From the NCBI GenBank assembly GCA_045119955.1, contig JBGVEG010000162.1, positions 17 through 64,016 of the forward strand: a stretch of 64,000 nt of DNA. The letters run 5' to 3'. The notes below the pieces were generated by a model, which saw only the letters and a program-made list of their open reading frames with translations, was not told where the DNA came from and searched no databases. Made by a program: the position numbers and the translations under genes. How positions within the stretch are numbered: the stretch's first letter is position 1; every line of letters begins with the position of its first letter. Below, piece after piece: positions 16,784-25,604 of this stretch. The DNA is from Paludibacteraceae bacterium. GTDB lineage: Bacteria; Bacteroidota; Bacteroidia; Bacteroidales; Paludibacteraceae.

Positions 16784-17515
16784 ATGGTACATATTTTCAC
16801 TTCGTTGCTCTTGGGATTCTTAATGATACTTGATCCCTGCACCCTCTTCACGAGTATTGCAGCCATCGGCTATATAGATAAGGAAATCAACAACCGCCGC
16901 AAGGTGCTAATGAACGGACTCATGTTCGTGTTGGGCAAATTAGCCACATACACGCTACTGGCTATCCCCTTTATCATGGGTGCCCAAACTGATGGCATCA
17001 AGCATTTTCTCCATCATTGGGGCGAACCTCTGCTGGCAGCATTTATGATTATTTGCGGTGTACTACTACTCTTCACCGGCAGACACCATCATGAGCATGA
17101 CCACGGCATGAGCAAATGGCTAAAAAACACGGATAGTCAGAGTAGTGGTTTTTGGTCATTCATGTTAGGTATATTCTTTGCTATTGCTTTTTGCCCACAC
17201 CGTTTGGTGTATTTCTTCACCATGATTGACATAGCCATCACCCTACCCTTCTCATGGAACTGGGTGCTGCCTATTATTTTCAGTTTGGGTACAGGATTAC
17301 CAATTATGATTATAGCATGGCTCATCTCATATAGTGCGGTATCCATCAACACCTTAACTGGCAAGTTGCATGTTGTAGAGAAATGGGTACGTTATATCTC
17401 AGCAGCGTTATTCATCGGTTTTGGTATTTATCTGTGTGCGCACATCTTCGCACATGGACATAGTCACGAATGTGGCCATAACCGCGGGCATGCGCATTGC
17501 GAAATGGTAGATTAA
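16784..17515 (+). CDS. DsbD/CcdA-superfamily-like polytopic membrane protein with a His-rich loop and tail (possible metal-cation transporter)
   Basis: Six or so hydrophobic segments, DPC in TM1, the loop HHHEHDHG, and the C-terminal tail HGHSHECGHNRGHAHCE. Confidence 0.5.
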   Translation: MVHIFTSLLLGFLMILDPCTLFTSIAAIGYIDKEINNRRKVLMNGLMFVLGKLATYTLLAIPFIMGAQTDGIKHFLHHWGEPLLAAFMIICGVLLLFTGRHHHEHDHGMSKWLKNTDSQSSGFWSFMLGIFFAIAFCPHRLVYFFTMIDIAITLPFSWNWVLPIIFSLGTGLPIMIIAWLISYSAVSINTLTGKLHVVEKWVRYISAALFIGFGIYLCAHIFAHGHSHECGHNRGHAHCEMVD

Positions 17516-17518
17516 GAC

Positions 17519-18349
17519 ATGGGCTCTCCGAACTTCCGTTTCAAACAGTTCACTGTATGGCACGACCGTTGTGCTATGAAGGTCGGCACAGATGGTGTGC
17601 TATTAGGCGCGTGGTGCCCATTACCAATCGCCAATAACCCATCGCCAATAACCAATAACCAATCGCCTATAGCCAATCCCCCCTGCAGGGTCTTAGACAT
17701 TGGCACGGGCAGCGGGCTCATCGCCCTCATGCTGGCACAACGCCTCTCCTCCCAATCGCCAATAGCCAATAACCAATCGCCTATAGCCAATAGCCAATCG
17801 CCAATAGCCAATAGCCCATCACCAATAGCCCATATTGATGCCATTGATATAGACGCAAATGCCGTGGCACAAGCACAGGGCAACTTTGCCCTCTCACCTT
17901 GGGAAAATATGCTACACGCACACCACTCCACCCTACAAGATTGGCAAGCCGGAGGATACGACCTAATAGTGAGCAATCCGCCCTACTTTCAAGCCAGTCT
18001 CAAGAACCCCAACCAGCAACGTGCTACCGCTCGCCACACGGACAGTTTGAGCTATGAGGAGTTAATAGCACACGCAGCACGGCTGCTGAAAGACAGCGGT
18101 GTATTGGCACTCATACTGCCCATTGAAGCTGAGAGCGAGATACGGACATTAGCAGAACACAATCAGCTCTACCCTACCCATATCACCCATATCCATTCCA
18201 AGCCCAATAAACCTGCTAAACGGCTATTAATCGCGTTGAGCAAACAAGAACAAAGCGAGGAGCCACTCATCCGAACCTTCTACATAGAATCGGAAAGCGC
18301 TCCCCGCAGCCCAGAATATCAGGACTTAACCTGCGACTTCTACTTGTAA
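17519..18349 (+). CDS. trmN6: tRNA (adenine-N6)-methyltransferase, YfiC/TrmN6 type, carrying two in-frame heptamer-repeat insertions
   Basis: FKQF.V.HDRCAMKVGTDGVLLGAW, SAM motif LDIGTGSGLIALMLAQR, and catalytic NPPYF. The order matches the E. coli YfiC sequence as I recall it. Confidence 0.8.
   Translation: MGSPNFRFKQFTVWHDRCAMKVGTDGVLLGAWCPLPIANNPSPITNNQSPIANPPCRVLDIGTGSGLIALMLAQRLSSQSPIANNQSPIANSQSPIANSPSPIAHIDAIDIDANAVAQAQGNFALSPWENMLHAHHSTLQDWQAGGYDLIVSNPPYFQASLKNPNQQRATARHTDSLSYEELIAHAARLLKDSGVLALILPIEAESEIRTLAEHNQLYPTHITHIHSKPNKPAKRLLIALSKQEQSEEPLIRTFYIESESAPRSPEYQDLTCDFYL
17624..17679 (+). repeat. CCAATNG heptamer array inside trmN6 (insertion 1)
   Basis: ccaatcg ccaataa cccatcg ccaataa ccaataa ccaatcg cctatag ccaatcc. 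Encodes PIANNPSPITNNQSPIANP. Confidence 0.85.
17752..17835 (+). repeat. CCAATNG heptamer array inside trmN6 (insertion 2, 12 units = 84 nt)
   Basis: ccaatcg ccaatag ccaataa ccaatcg cctatag ccaatag ccaatcg ccaatag ccaatag cccatca ccaatag cccatat. Encodes QSPIANNQSPIANSQSPIANSPSPIAH, a 7-aa period. Confidence 0.9.
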
Positions 18350-19750
18350 CTAATCACGGCGAATGACACTGCCACCCACGGCTATGTTCTGCCGTATCAG
18401 TGGTGCACCCTTATAGGTAATCTTGCTGGCGCCCGCCGCCTGTGCCCACAGTTCGCGAACGACATTCACCTCCGCTTTGCTCGCACCTGCGCAGTTGATA
18501 TGCAAGGTCTGTGCCACGAGATCCTCTGCATCCAATTCGCCGGCACCCGCAATGGTGACACGCACCTCGTCTGCTGTTCCCGAGAGTTCTAACTGGCTCG
18601 CGCCCTTAGCATCTATCATCAGCGTTTGCACATGCAAATGCAATTCCGCTTGGGCTGCGCCGTTAAGGTCAAGTGCAAGCGAAGGTTGAGTCAGTATTTG
18701 TCCGTCCAGCATCTCAATCTTGCTGGCACCGTAAACAGTGATCTTGCGTAAGTCAGGCGAAGCAATCGCAAAATCCAGCATCACTTCATCCAGCGGCATT
18801 TGCGTGGTAACATCAATATAGAGTACGCTATCACGCACCTCAGCCAGCCAGTTATCCTCGCCCGTCACGAGAGAGTGCAACATATTGGTAGTCAACGTGG
18901 TTGAAGGTACTGCTGCTTGGCTCAAATGCAACTGAGCCGCTCCGCGGAGTTCCACACTATGATAGGCATCCAACTGCAAGGCCGAAGTCGCAACACCTGC
19001 ATCGTCCACATCAAAATCATCCATAGTCATTGCACTGAGAATCTGAGGCGCATGCTCGTAAGCGTGATAGAAACGCACCAACGAAGCGCTCCAAAAGATT
19101 ACCGACGCCACCCAAAAGAGTATCGTAATCCACCAGAAACGTGCTTTAGGGCCACGACGGGTACGCATGAATGTGACAATCGTATGCACAATCATGACGA
19201 TCGGTAATACCACAATCAGCAGTAGCGCAATCAACAGGAATAGGATAATGATACCATTGCCCTCCATCAAGACATCTGCCAAAGCAGAGACAAAAGGCAT
19301 TGTTGTCCCCATCGTGGTACCTGCGATCGTCACACCAAAGAAGGTAAACACCAAGGCACACAATACAATCAATCCAAACACAATCACTGGCAATGCTAAA
19401 ATAGCAAGTACCACATTCAGCGCAATACTGAACATACGTCTGCAACCATCGTTGTGCGAATGATCCACCCTGACCTTGGGACGGCTATTAGGTCCGAACT
19501 CCTTGGGTTCACCTATCTGTGCCTTCACCGACTGCACCATCTGCATACTAACCACTTGCACATTCTTGGCAAAGAGGGCCTTCTGAAACAGTTCTGCTAT
19601 GCGTGCTTCGAGGTCTGCCATCACTTCTTGGCGGTCCTGCTGTGGCAAGCGTTGCTCAATATCCGACAGGTAGTCGTGCAGACACTTATATGCATCATAA
19701 TCAATGTGATAAACTAAACCATTGAGGTTTATAGTACGAGTTTCGTTCAT
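18350..19750 (-). CDS. PadR-associated membrane protein with a C-terminal DUF2807/GIN-like beta-helix repeat domain (466 aa)
   Basis: N-terminal INLNGLVYHIDYDAY module, four TM segments, then repeated GA[AS][QK].E.. strands (GAAQLHLS, GASKIEM, GAAQAELHL, GASQLELSG, GAGELDA, GASKAEV, GASKITYKG). Confidence 0.55.
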   Translation of the reverse strand: MNETRTINLNGLVYHIDYDAYKCLHDYLSDIEQRLPQQDRQEVMADLEARIAELFQKALFAKNVQVVSMQMVQSVKAQIGEPKEFGPNSRPKVRVDHSHNDGCRRMFSIALNVVLAILALPVIVFGLIVLCALVFTFFGVTIAGTTMGTTMPFVSALADVLMEGNGIIILFLLIALLLIVVLPIVMIVHTIVTFMRTRRGPKARFWWITILFWVASVIFWSASLVRFYHAYEHAPQILSAMTMDDFDVDDAGVATSALQLDAYHSVELRGAAQLHLSQAAVPSTTLTTNMLHSLVTGEDNWLAEVRDSVLYIDVTTQMPLDEVMLDFAIASPDLRKITVYGASKIEMLDGQILTQPSLALDLNGAAQAELHLHVQTLMIDAKGASQLELSGTADEVRVTIAGAGELDAEDLVAQTLHINCAGASKAEVNVVRELWAQAAGASKITYKGAPLIRQNIAVGGSVIRRD

Positions 19751-19753
19751 AAT

Positions 19754-20074
19754 TTATTGCGTTATTTGGTTAATGGCTTGGCAAATGGATTGCCATTCTG
19801 CATCCAGTTGTGAGAGCAATTGTCTACCCTCCTCCGTCAGTGTATAATACTTACGTGGCGGTCCGCCCGTCGATTCCTGCCAACGATAGGAGAGCAATCC
19901 CTCGTTCTTCATACGCGTGAGCAAGGGATATACCGTACCCTCCACCACGACCAGTTGCGCATCCTTGAGCGTCTCAAGGATATCCGAGGCATAGGCCTCA
20001 TCGCGACTGATAATGCACAGGATACAGTACTCCAACAAGCCCTTGCGCATCTGACTTTTGAGATTAGAAATCAT
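19754..20074 (-). CDS. PadR-family transcriptional regulator
   Basis: 106 aa with the winged-helix signature EYCIL..I....YASDI...L......V.EGTVYPLL.R....GLL...W....GGPPRKYY.LT..G. Confidence 0.85.
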   Translation of the reverse strand: MISNLKSQMRKGLLEYCILCIISRDEAYASDILETLKDAQLVVVEGTVYPLLTRMKNEGLLSYRWQESTGGPPRKYYTLTEEGRQLLSQLDAEWQSICQAINQITQ

Positions 20075-20080
20075 AGAGAG

Positions 20081-20278
20081 TTACGAATTGAGTTGGTCGT
20101 AATTAGGCATCAGAATCATCAAGATAATGTACAACAGCAAGCCAGGGAAACCAGCCGTAAACATACTCAATGCCACGTATATTACGCGAATCAATGTAGG
20201 ATCTACATCCAGATACTCGGCTACGCCGCCACATACACCCGCCAAAATGCGGTTGGAAGAACGATACAGTTTTTTCAT
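20081..20278 (-). CDS. PspC-domain membrane protein (65 aa)
   Basis: LYRS..NRILAGVCGGVAEYLDVDPTLIRVIYV followed by one TM segment. Confidence 0.8.
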   Translation of the reverse strand: MKKLYRSSNRILAGVCGGVAEYLDVDPTLIRVIYVALSMFTAGFPGLLLYIILMILMPNYDQLNS

Positions 20279-20309
20279 TGTCTTATCTATTTTAAGTTAA
20301 TTAGTTTGC

Positions 20310-20744
20310 TTAATCATCTATGCGAACAAAACGTCCTTCGTGATCAAAGACCAACTCCAATCCGTTGTTCAACTCCACTTGTAGATAACGTTGCTCTACG
20401 ACGTACTCCACTACAAATAGGTCGCCGTAATGCATTTGCACATAGTTCACAATCGCGGCTGGTACGATACCCTCTGGCACAGGATTGCGCTTGCAGTCGA
20501 TTGACTCTAATACACCTTGATAATCAAAGTCCAGCTCCGTTGCATTCTTCAGATACACTTGATAATCATAATGCAATCCATCACGCTCGCGCTCCACATG
20601 CGCCACGTCCGACACATTATAATATTGTTGTACAAAACTCTGTGCTTTTGCAGGCAAATCTGCAAAACTCACCATACGCTCATTATCGGCACATGCTGCC
20701 AAAGAAATAATCACGGTTGCTACAATAGCTAACATCTTTTTCAT
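20310..20744 (-). CDS. PepSY-like (BLIP-like) lipoprotein (144 aa)
   Basis: Lipoprotein signal MKKMLAIVATVIISLAAC, LPAKAQSFVQQYY, and two repeated halves typical of PepSY-like proteins. Confidence 0.6.
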   Translation of the reverse strand: MKKMLAIVATVIISLAACADNERMVSFADLPAKAQSFVQQYYNVSDVAHVERERDGLHYDYQVYLKNATELDFDYQGVLESIDCKRNPVPEGIVPAAIVNYVQMHYGDLFVVEYVVEQRYLQVELNNGLELVFDHEGRFVRIDD

Positions 20745-20849
20745 AGGTCAAATAATTTAAAAGTTTTTACTCTTGTTTAAGTAGTAGTTCACTTATCACA
20801 GCTATACCTCAACATACGCAAATATCATGCCAAATATTGAAATACGATG

Positions 20850-20857
20850 CAAAGGTA
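20850..20857 (-). promoter_or_regulatory. -7 box TACCTTTG for the 20744->18350 gene string
   Basis: CAAAGGTA on the plus strand, ~105 nt upstream of the 20310-20744 start. Confidence 0.5.
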
Positions 20858-20993
20858 CTACTTTTTCTAATACTATGCAATACAAAGTACTGCAAATATG
20901 CGTTTTTTTACTTATTTTTCTTGTTTTTGCTAAGTAGAAGTAGCAAAATAGCCCCTATTTTAGGAAATTATTGGTTATGTGCATTTTTTTTTG

Positions 20994-21001
20994 TACCTTT
21001 G
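20994..21001 (+). promoter_or_regulatory. -7 box TACCTTTG for nadC
   Basis: Exact TAnnTTTG match ~50 nt upstream of the ATG at 21052. Confidence 0.55.
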
Positions 21002-21051
21002 TCGTCCCAATTCAAGCATTTACACCATTATACCATACACTATACACCTAT

Positions 21052-21918
21052 ATGGATACAAAAGAATTACAGAAACTCATTGCCATCTGGTTCGAAGAGG
21101 ACATTCGTGATGGCGATCATACATCGCTCAGTTGCATTCCTGACACCGAAATGGGTTGCCAGCAACTGATAGTCAAGGAAGAGGGTATCATCGCAGGTAT
21201 CGAGGTAGCCAAACACATCATTGCATACTTCGATGCCGAGTGCCGTATGGAGCAGTACATCGAGGATGGCACACACGTTAAGCCAGGCGACATCGCTTTT
21301 CGCGTCTATGGCAAGGAGCTCAGTCTCTTGCAGATTGAGCGCACTATGCTCAATGTCATGCAGCGCATGTCGGGCGTAGCCACCACGGCGCACCGCTACC
21401 AATCACTCATAGAGGGTACTGGTTGCCATGTACTGGACACTCGCAAGACCACCCCTGGTCTGCGTTATTTGGAAAAAGAGGCAGTGCTCATTGGTGGCGG
21501 TATGAATCACCGCATTGGTCTTTTCGATATGATTCTTCTCAAGGACAACCATGTGGATTTCTCAGGCGGTATCACCGCAGCTCTCACTCGTGCTAAAAAC
21601 TACTGCGAGGAGAAAGGCAAAGACCTCCGCATCGAGATTGAGACCCGCAACGAGGATGAGATTCGCGAGGCACTTGCAACGAATATACCAGACCGTATTA
21701 TGCTGGACAATTTCTCGCCAGCGCGCACCAAGGGGGCTGTGGAGATTATCCGTACCTGGGAGAAAGCGAATGGCAAGCATATTGAGATAGAGTCCAGCGG
21801 TGGCATCACCATTGATACGATCCGCAGCTATGCTGAGACGGGCGTGGACTTCGTGAGTGTAGGTGCATTGACCCACTCCATCAAGAGCCTTGATATGTCC
21901 TTCAAGGCTGTGAAATAA
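21052..21918 (+). CDS. nadC: Nicotinate-nucleotide diphosphorylase (quinolinate phosphoribosyltransferase)
   Basis: ORF 20971-21918 trimmed to MDTKELQKLI at 21052. Typical NadC sequence (EDI..GDHTS, DTRKTTPGLR, KDNH). Confidence 0.88.
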   Translation: MDTKELQKLIAIWFEEDIRDGDHTSLSCIPDTEMGCQQLIVKEEGIIAGIEVAKHIIAYFDAECRMEQYIEDGTHVKPGDIAFRVYGKELSLLQIERTMLNVMQRMSGVATTAHRYQSLIEGTGCHVLDTRKTTPGLRYLEKEAVLIGGGMNHRIGLFDMILLKDNHVDFSGGITAALTRAKNYCEEKGKDLRIEIETRNEDEIREALATNIPDRIMLDNFSPARTKGAVEIIRTWEKANGKHIEIESSGGITIDTIRSYAETGVDFVSVGALTHSIKSLDMSFKAVK

Positions 21919-22001
21919 AATAGAAGGCCTGCGGTTGTTAGACCACTTCGAGGTTAGAACATAGACTACCCTCAGGGCTATTAAACAAAAAATAATATAC
22001 T

Positions 22002-23795
22002 ATGACAATATTAGAAAGACTTTCTGCGCTACGCGCGCTCATGCAAGAGCATGGGGTATGCGCCTGCATTGTACCAGGCACTGACCCACATGCCAGCGAA
22101 TATATGGCTGAACACTGGACAGAGATGTCGTGGATCACTGGTTTCCTTGGCGAAACAGGTACTGCTGTCATCACACTCGACCAAGCCCTGCTTTGGACAG
22201 ACAGTCGCTATTACCTCCAAGCGGAGGCCGAACTGCAAGGCACGACAGTCGAACTGATGCGCGAGAGTGACATTGATTGCCCTACTATCCCTGAATGGCT
22301 ATGCAAACATATTCAAGGTACCGTTGCTGTCAATCCAGAAATGTATAGTGTCAATGGCTATCGCGAGTTGAAAGCCATGCTGGAAGAAGGCGCTCTATCA
22401 CTCGTTTCTATTGACCTCATCTCTCCACTATGGACAGAAAACCGCCCTGCTATTCCGACTTCTCTGCTCTACGAATACGAGGAGCAATACACAGGCGAAA
22501 GCGTAGCAAGCAAGTTGCAACGTGTGCGTCAAGCCTTGCAAGATAAACGTTGCGAAGCACTCGTTGTTTCTGCCCTCGATGAAATAGGTTGGTTACTCAA
22601 TATCCGTGGCAAAGACGTGGACTATACACCATGCCTGATTAGCTATGTGGTGGTAGAAATGAATAGGTGCACTATTTTCGTTGCGCCTAACAAGTTAGAT
22701 GCTTGCGCGCGCGCGTACCTTGAAAGAATAGGTGTATGCGTGCAAGATTACAATCAGGTATTTGACTATCTAAAGAATATAAATGCTACTGCCATCATGT
22801 ACGATGGTGGAAAAGTGAACGAAGCCTTATTTGAAGCCATCAACCCTGCGACCAATAAGGTCAATGTCAGTCCAAGTCCTGTGTTGAAGATGCAGAGTGT
22901 GAAGAATGCCACCGAACTGGCAGGCGAGCGTCTTGCCATGCGCAAGGACGCAGTAGCACTGACCCGTTTCTTCTATTGGTTGGAGAACGAGGCACTGCAA
23001 ACACCACAAACGGAAATTACCCTCGCAGCCAAACTCGGCGAGTTCCGCGCTATGGGCGAGAACTACACCGACGACAGTTTCTGTACGATTGCTGGTTGGA
23101 AAGGCAATGGTGCTATTGTGCACTACCATGCAACTCCAGAGGCATGTGCCACCATTGAGGGCGAAGGAGTGTTGCTACTTGACTCAGGCGGACAATATTT
23201 GGACGGCACTACCGACATCACCCGAACCGTTTGGATCGGCCAACCAGAGAATATCCCTGCGGCGGTGAAGCGTGACTATACGCTTGTGCTCAAAGGACAT
23301 ATTGCGTTGGCGCGTGCACGCTTCCCTAAAGGTACACGCGGCAATCAGCTCGATGTCTTGGCTCGCCAGTTCCTCTGGTCTGAGGGTATGACATATGGTC
23401 ACGGCACAGGCCACGGCGTAGGACACTTCATGGGGTGCCACGAGGGACCACAGAATATCCGCACGGACAACAATCCTAACCCATTGCAGGTGGGCAATGT
23501 ATGCTCCGACGAGCCAGGTATCTATCGCGCCAACGAGTATGGCATTCGTACTGAGAACCTCATCGCCGTGCGCGAGAGTCAAAATCTTGGGACACATGCT
23601 ACAGGCGAGACCTTCCTTGAGTTTGAAACACTCACATTGTGCTATTACGACACTCGTATGATTGATCTCGCACGCATGACGCCAGAGGAAATCAAATGGA
23701 TCAATAACTATCACGCATGGGTTTATGCAGAAATCGCACCAATGCTATCAGTTAAAGAGGCTGAATTCTTAAAAGAAAAATGTAAAGCATTATAA
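22002..23795 (+). CDS. Xaa-Pro aminopeptidase (M24B, aminopeptidase P family, 597 aa)
   Basis: Creatinase-like N-domains plus an M24 catalytic domain with DSGGQY, HGTGHGVGHF..HEGP and EPGIY. Confidence 0.85.
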   Translation: MTILERLSALRALMQEHGVCACIVPGTDPHASEYMAEHWTEMSWITGFLGETGTAVITLDQALLWTDSRYYLQAEAELQGTTVELMRESDIDCPTIPEWLCKHIQGTVAVNPEMYSVNGYRELKAMLEEGALSLVSIDLISPLWTENRPAIPTSLLYEYEEQYTGESVASKLQRVRQALQDKRCEALVVSALDEIGWLLNIRGKDVDYTPCLISYVVVEMNRCTIFVAPNKLDACARAYLERIGVCVQDYNQVFDYLKNINATAIMYDGGKVNEALFEAINPATNKVNVSPSPVLKMQSVKNATELAGERLAMRKDAVALTRFFYWLENEALQTPQTEITLAAKLGEFRAMGENYTDDSFCTIAGWKGNGAIVHYHATPEACATIEGEGVLLLDSGGQYLDGTTDITRTVWIGQPENIPAAVKRDYTLVLKGHIALARARFPKGTRGNQLDVLARQFLWSEGMTYGHGTGHGVGHFMGCHEGPQNIRTDNNPNPLQVGNVCSDEPGIYRANEYGIRTENLIAVRESQNLGTHATGETFLEFETLTLCYYDTRMIDLARMTPEEIKWINNYHAWVYAEIAPMLSVKEAEFLKEKCKAL

Positions 23796-23798
23796 TAT

Positions 23799-25604
23799 AT
23801 GAAATTAGAAGAAATACTCATTCCTCAAGTACAAGAGGTAGTTAAGAACTTATACGGCGTAGAGATCACCGCTCAACAAGTGCAGTTCCAGAAGACTCGC
23901 GCAGAGTTTGAAGGCGACATCACACTCGTCGTTTTCCCTTTCGTCAAAGCAGCACGCAAAGCTCCTGCAATGGTAGCACAAGAAGTAGGCGAAGCACTAT
24001 GTGGCGGACTCATTGAGAAATACAACGCAGTACAAGGCTTCTTGAACCTCAGCATTGCTCAAAGTTATTGGGTAGAACAACTGCAAGAGATTGCCCAAAA
24101 CAATAGTTTTGGACAATTGAGGCGAGAGGCGGAAGGCAATGAGGCGAAAGGCGAGAAACCATTAATGATGGTAGAATACTCTTCGCCCAACACCAACAAA
24201 CCGCTCCACCTCGGGCACGTGCGCAATAACCTGCTGGGTTACTCCATCGCTAAGATCCAAGAGGCCAATGGTTGGAACGTAGTCAAGACCAATATCGTGA
24301 ACGATCGCGGTATCCATATCTGCAAATCCATGCTCGCTTGGCAGAAGTTCGGCAACGGCGAGACACCTGAGAATAGCGGCAAGAAAGGTGACCACCTGAT
24401 TGGCGACTACTACGTGCGCTTCGACAAAGAGTATAAAGCGCAAATCAAAGAGCTCATGGCACAAGGCTTAGATGAAGAGACAGCCAAGAAAGAAGCACCC
24501 CTCATCAAAGAGGCACAAGCCATGCTCGTCAAGTGGGAACAAAACGACCCTGAAGTACGTGCCCTCTGGCAAAAAATGAACGAATGGGTATATGCTGGTT
24601 TCGATGAGACCTACCAACAAATGGGCGTTGGTTTCGATAAGATCTACTACGAAAGCGACACTTACCTCGTGGGTAAAGGCGAAGTAGAGCGAGGTCTAGC
24701 GAAAGGCGATTTCTACCGCCGCGAAGATGGCTCGGTGTGGGCTGACTTGGCACAAAACGGATTGGATGAGAAGCTCCTTCTCCGTGCTGATGGTACATCC
24801 GTCTATATGACCCAAGACATAGGTACAGCCAAACTCCGCTTCGAGGACTACCCGATCGACAAGATGGTATATGTAGTGGGTAATGAGCAAGAGTATCACT
24901 TCAAGGTGCTCAGCATCTTGCTTGACCGTCTGGGCTTCCCATTTGGTAAAGAGTTGGTACACTTCAGCTACGGTATGGTGGAGTTGCCAAACGGCAAGAT
25001 GAAGAGCCGCGAGGGTACAGTAGTAGATGCTGATGACCTCATGGCACAAATGATTAGTGACGCTAAGGAGATTTCAAAAGACAAAGTTAATACCCTCCCC
25101 GACATTACGGAGGAAGAAGCCAACGAGATTGCTCGTGTGGTAGGTTTAGGTGCGCTGAAATACTTTATTCTAAAGGTGGACCCACGCAAGAATATGCTTT
25201 TCAACCCAGAAGAGAGTATTGACTTTAACGGCAACACGGGTCCATTTATCCAGTACACCTACGCACGTATTCAAAGTGTGTTGCGTAAGGCAGGCGAAGC
25301 CCTCACCAATAGCCAATTGCCAATTGCCAATAGCCTGTCTGACAAAGAGCTCGCTCTTATCCAACGCCTCGTGGCGTATCCAGCAGCAGTGCGCCAAGCA
25401 GGTGATGAGTTCTCGCCAGCGGTGATTGCTAACTATGCATACGCCTTGGCATGCGACTTCAATAGCTTCTACCACGATCATAGCATTTTGAACGAAGCAG
25501 ATGCTGACAAACGCGCTTTGCGCCTTGTCTTGGCTCAAACTGTAGCCAAGGTCATCAAGAGTGCTATGGCACTGCTCGGTATTGAAGTGCCTAATCGAAT
25601 GTAG
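23799..25604 (+). CDS. argS: Arginine--tRNA ligase
   Basis: 601 aa with SPNTNKPLHLGH (HIGH region), a MSxR-like KMKSREG, and a C-terminal DALR anticodon-binding domain. Confidence 0.95.
   Translation: MKLEEILIPQVQEVVKNLYGVEITAQQVQFQKTRAEFEGDITLVVFPFVKAARKAPAMVAQEVGEALCGGLIEKYNAVQGFLNLSIAQSYWVEQLQEIAQNNSFGQLRREAEGNEAKGEKPLMMVEYSSPNTNKPLHLGHVRNNLLGYSIAKIQEANGWNVVKTNIVNDRGIHICKSMLAWQKFGNGETPENSGKKGDHLIGDYYVRFDKEYKAQIKELMAQGLDEETAKKEAPLIKEAQAMLVKWEQNDPEVRALWQKMNEWVYAGFDETYQQMGVGFDKIYYESDTYLVGKGEVERGLAKGDFYRREDGSVWADLAQNGLDEKLLLRADGTSVYMTQDIGTAKLRFEDYPIDKMVYVVGNEQEYHFKVLSILLDRLGFPFGKELVHFSYGMVELPNGKMKSREGTVVDADDLMAQMISDAKEISKDKVNTLPDITEEEANEIARVVGLGALKYFILKVDPRKNMLFNPEESIDFNGNTGPFIQYTYARIQSVLRKAGEALTNSQLPIANSLSDKELALIQRLVAYPAAVRQAGDEFSPAVIANYAYALACDFNSFYHDHSILNEADADKRALRLVLAQTVAKVIKSAMALLGIEVPNRM
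25306..25335 (+). repeat. CCAATNG heptamer array inside argS
   Basis: ccaatag ccaattg ccaattg ccaatag cc, encoding NSQLPIANS. Confidence 0.8.

Noticed and set aside
17512-17976. A 154-aa minus-strand ORF with LLAIGDWLLAIGDW repeats
   Set aside because: It is the antisense reading of the CCAATNG arrays inside trmN6. The plus-strand frame has complete methyltransferase motifs.
25591-25604. A 14-nt convergent overlap of the argS and radical SAM 3' ends, considered as a regulatory feature
   Set aside because: Short convergent overlaps are common in compact genomes, and no associated structure was seen.
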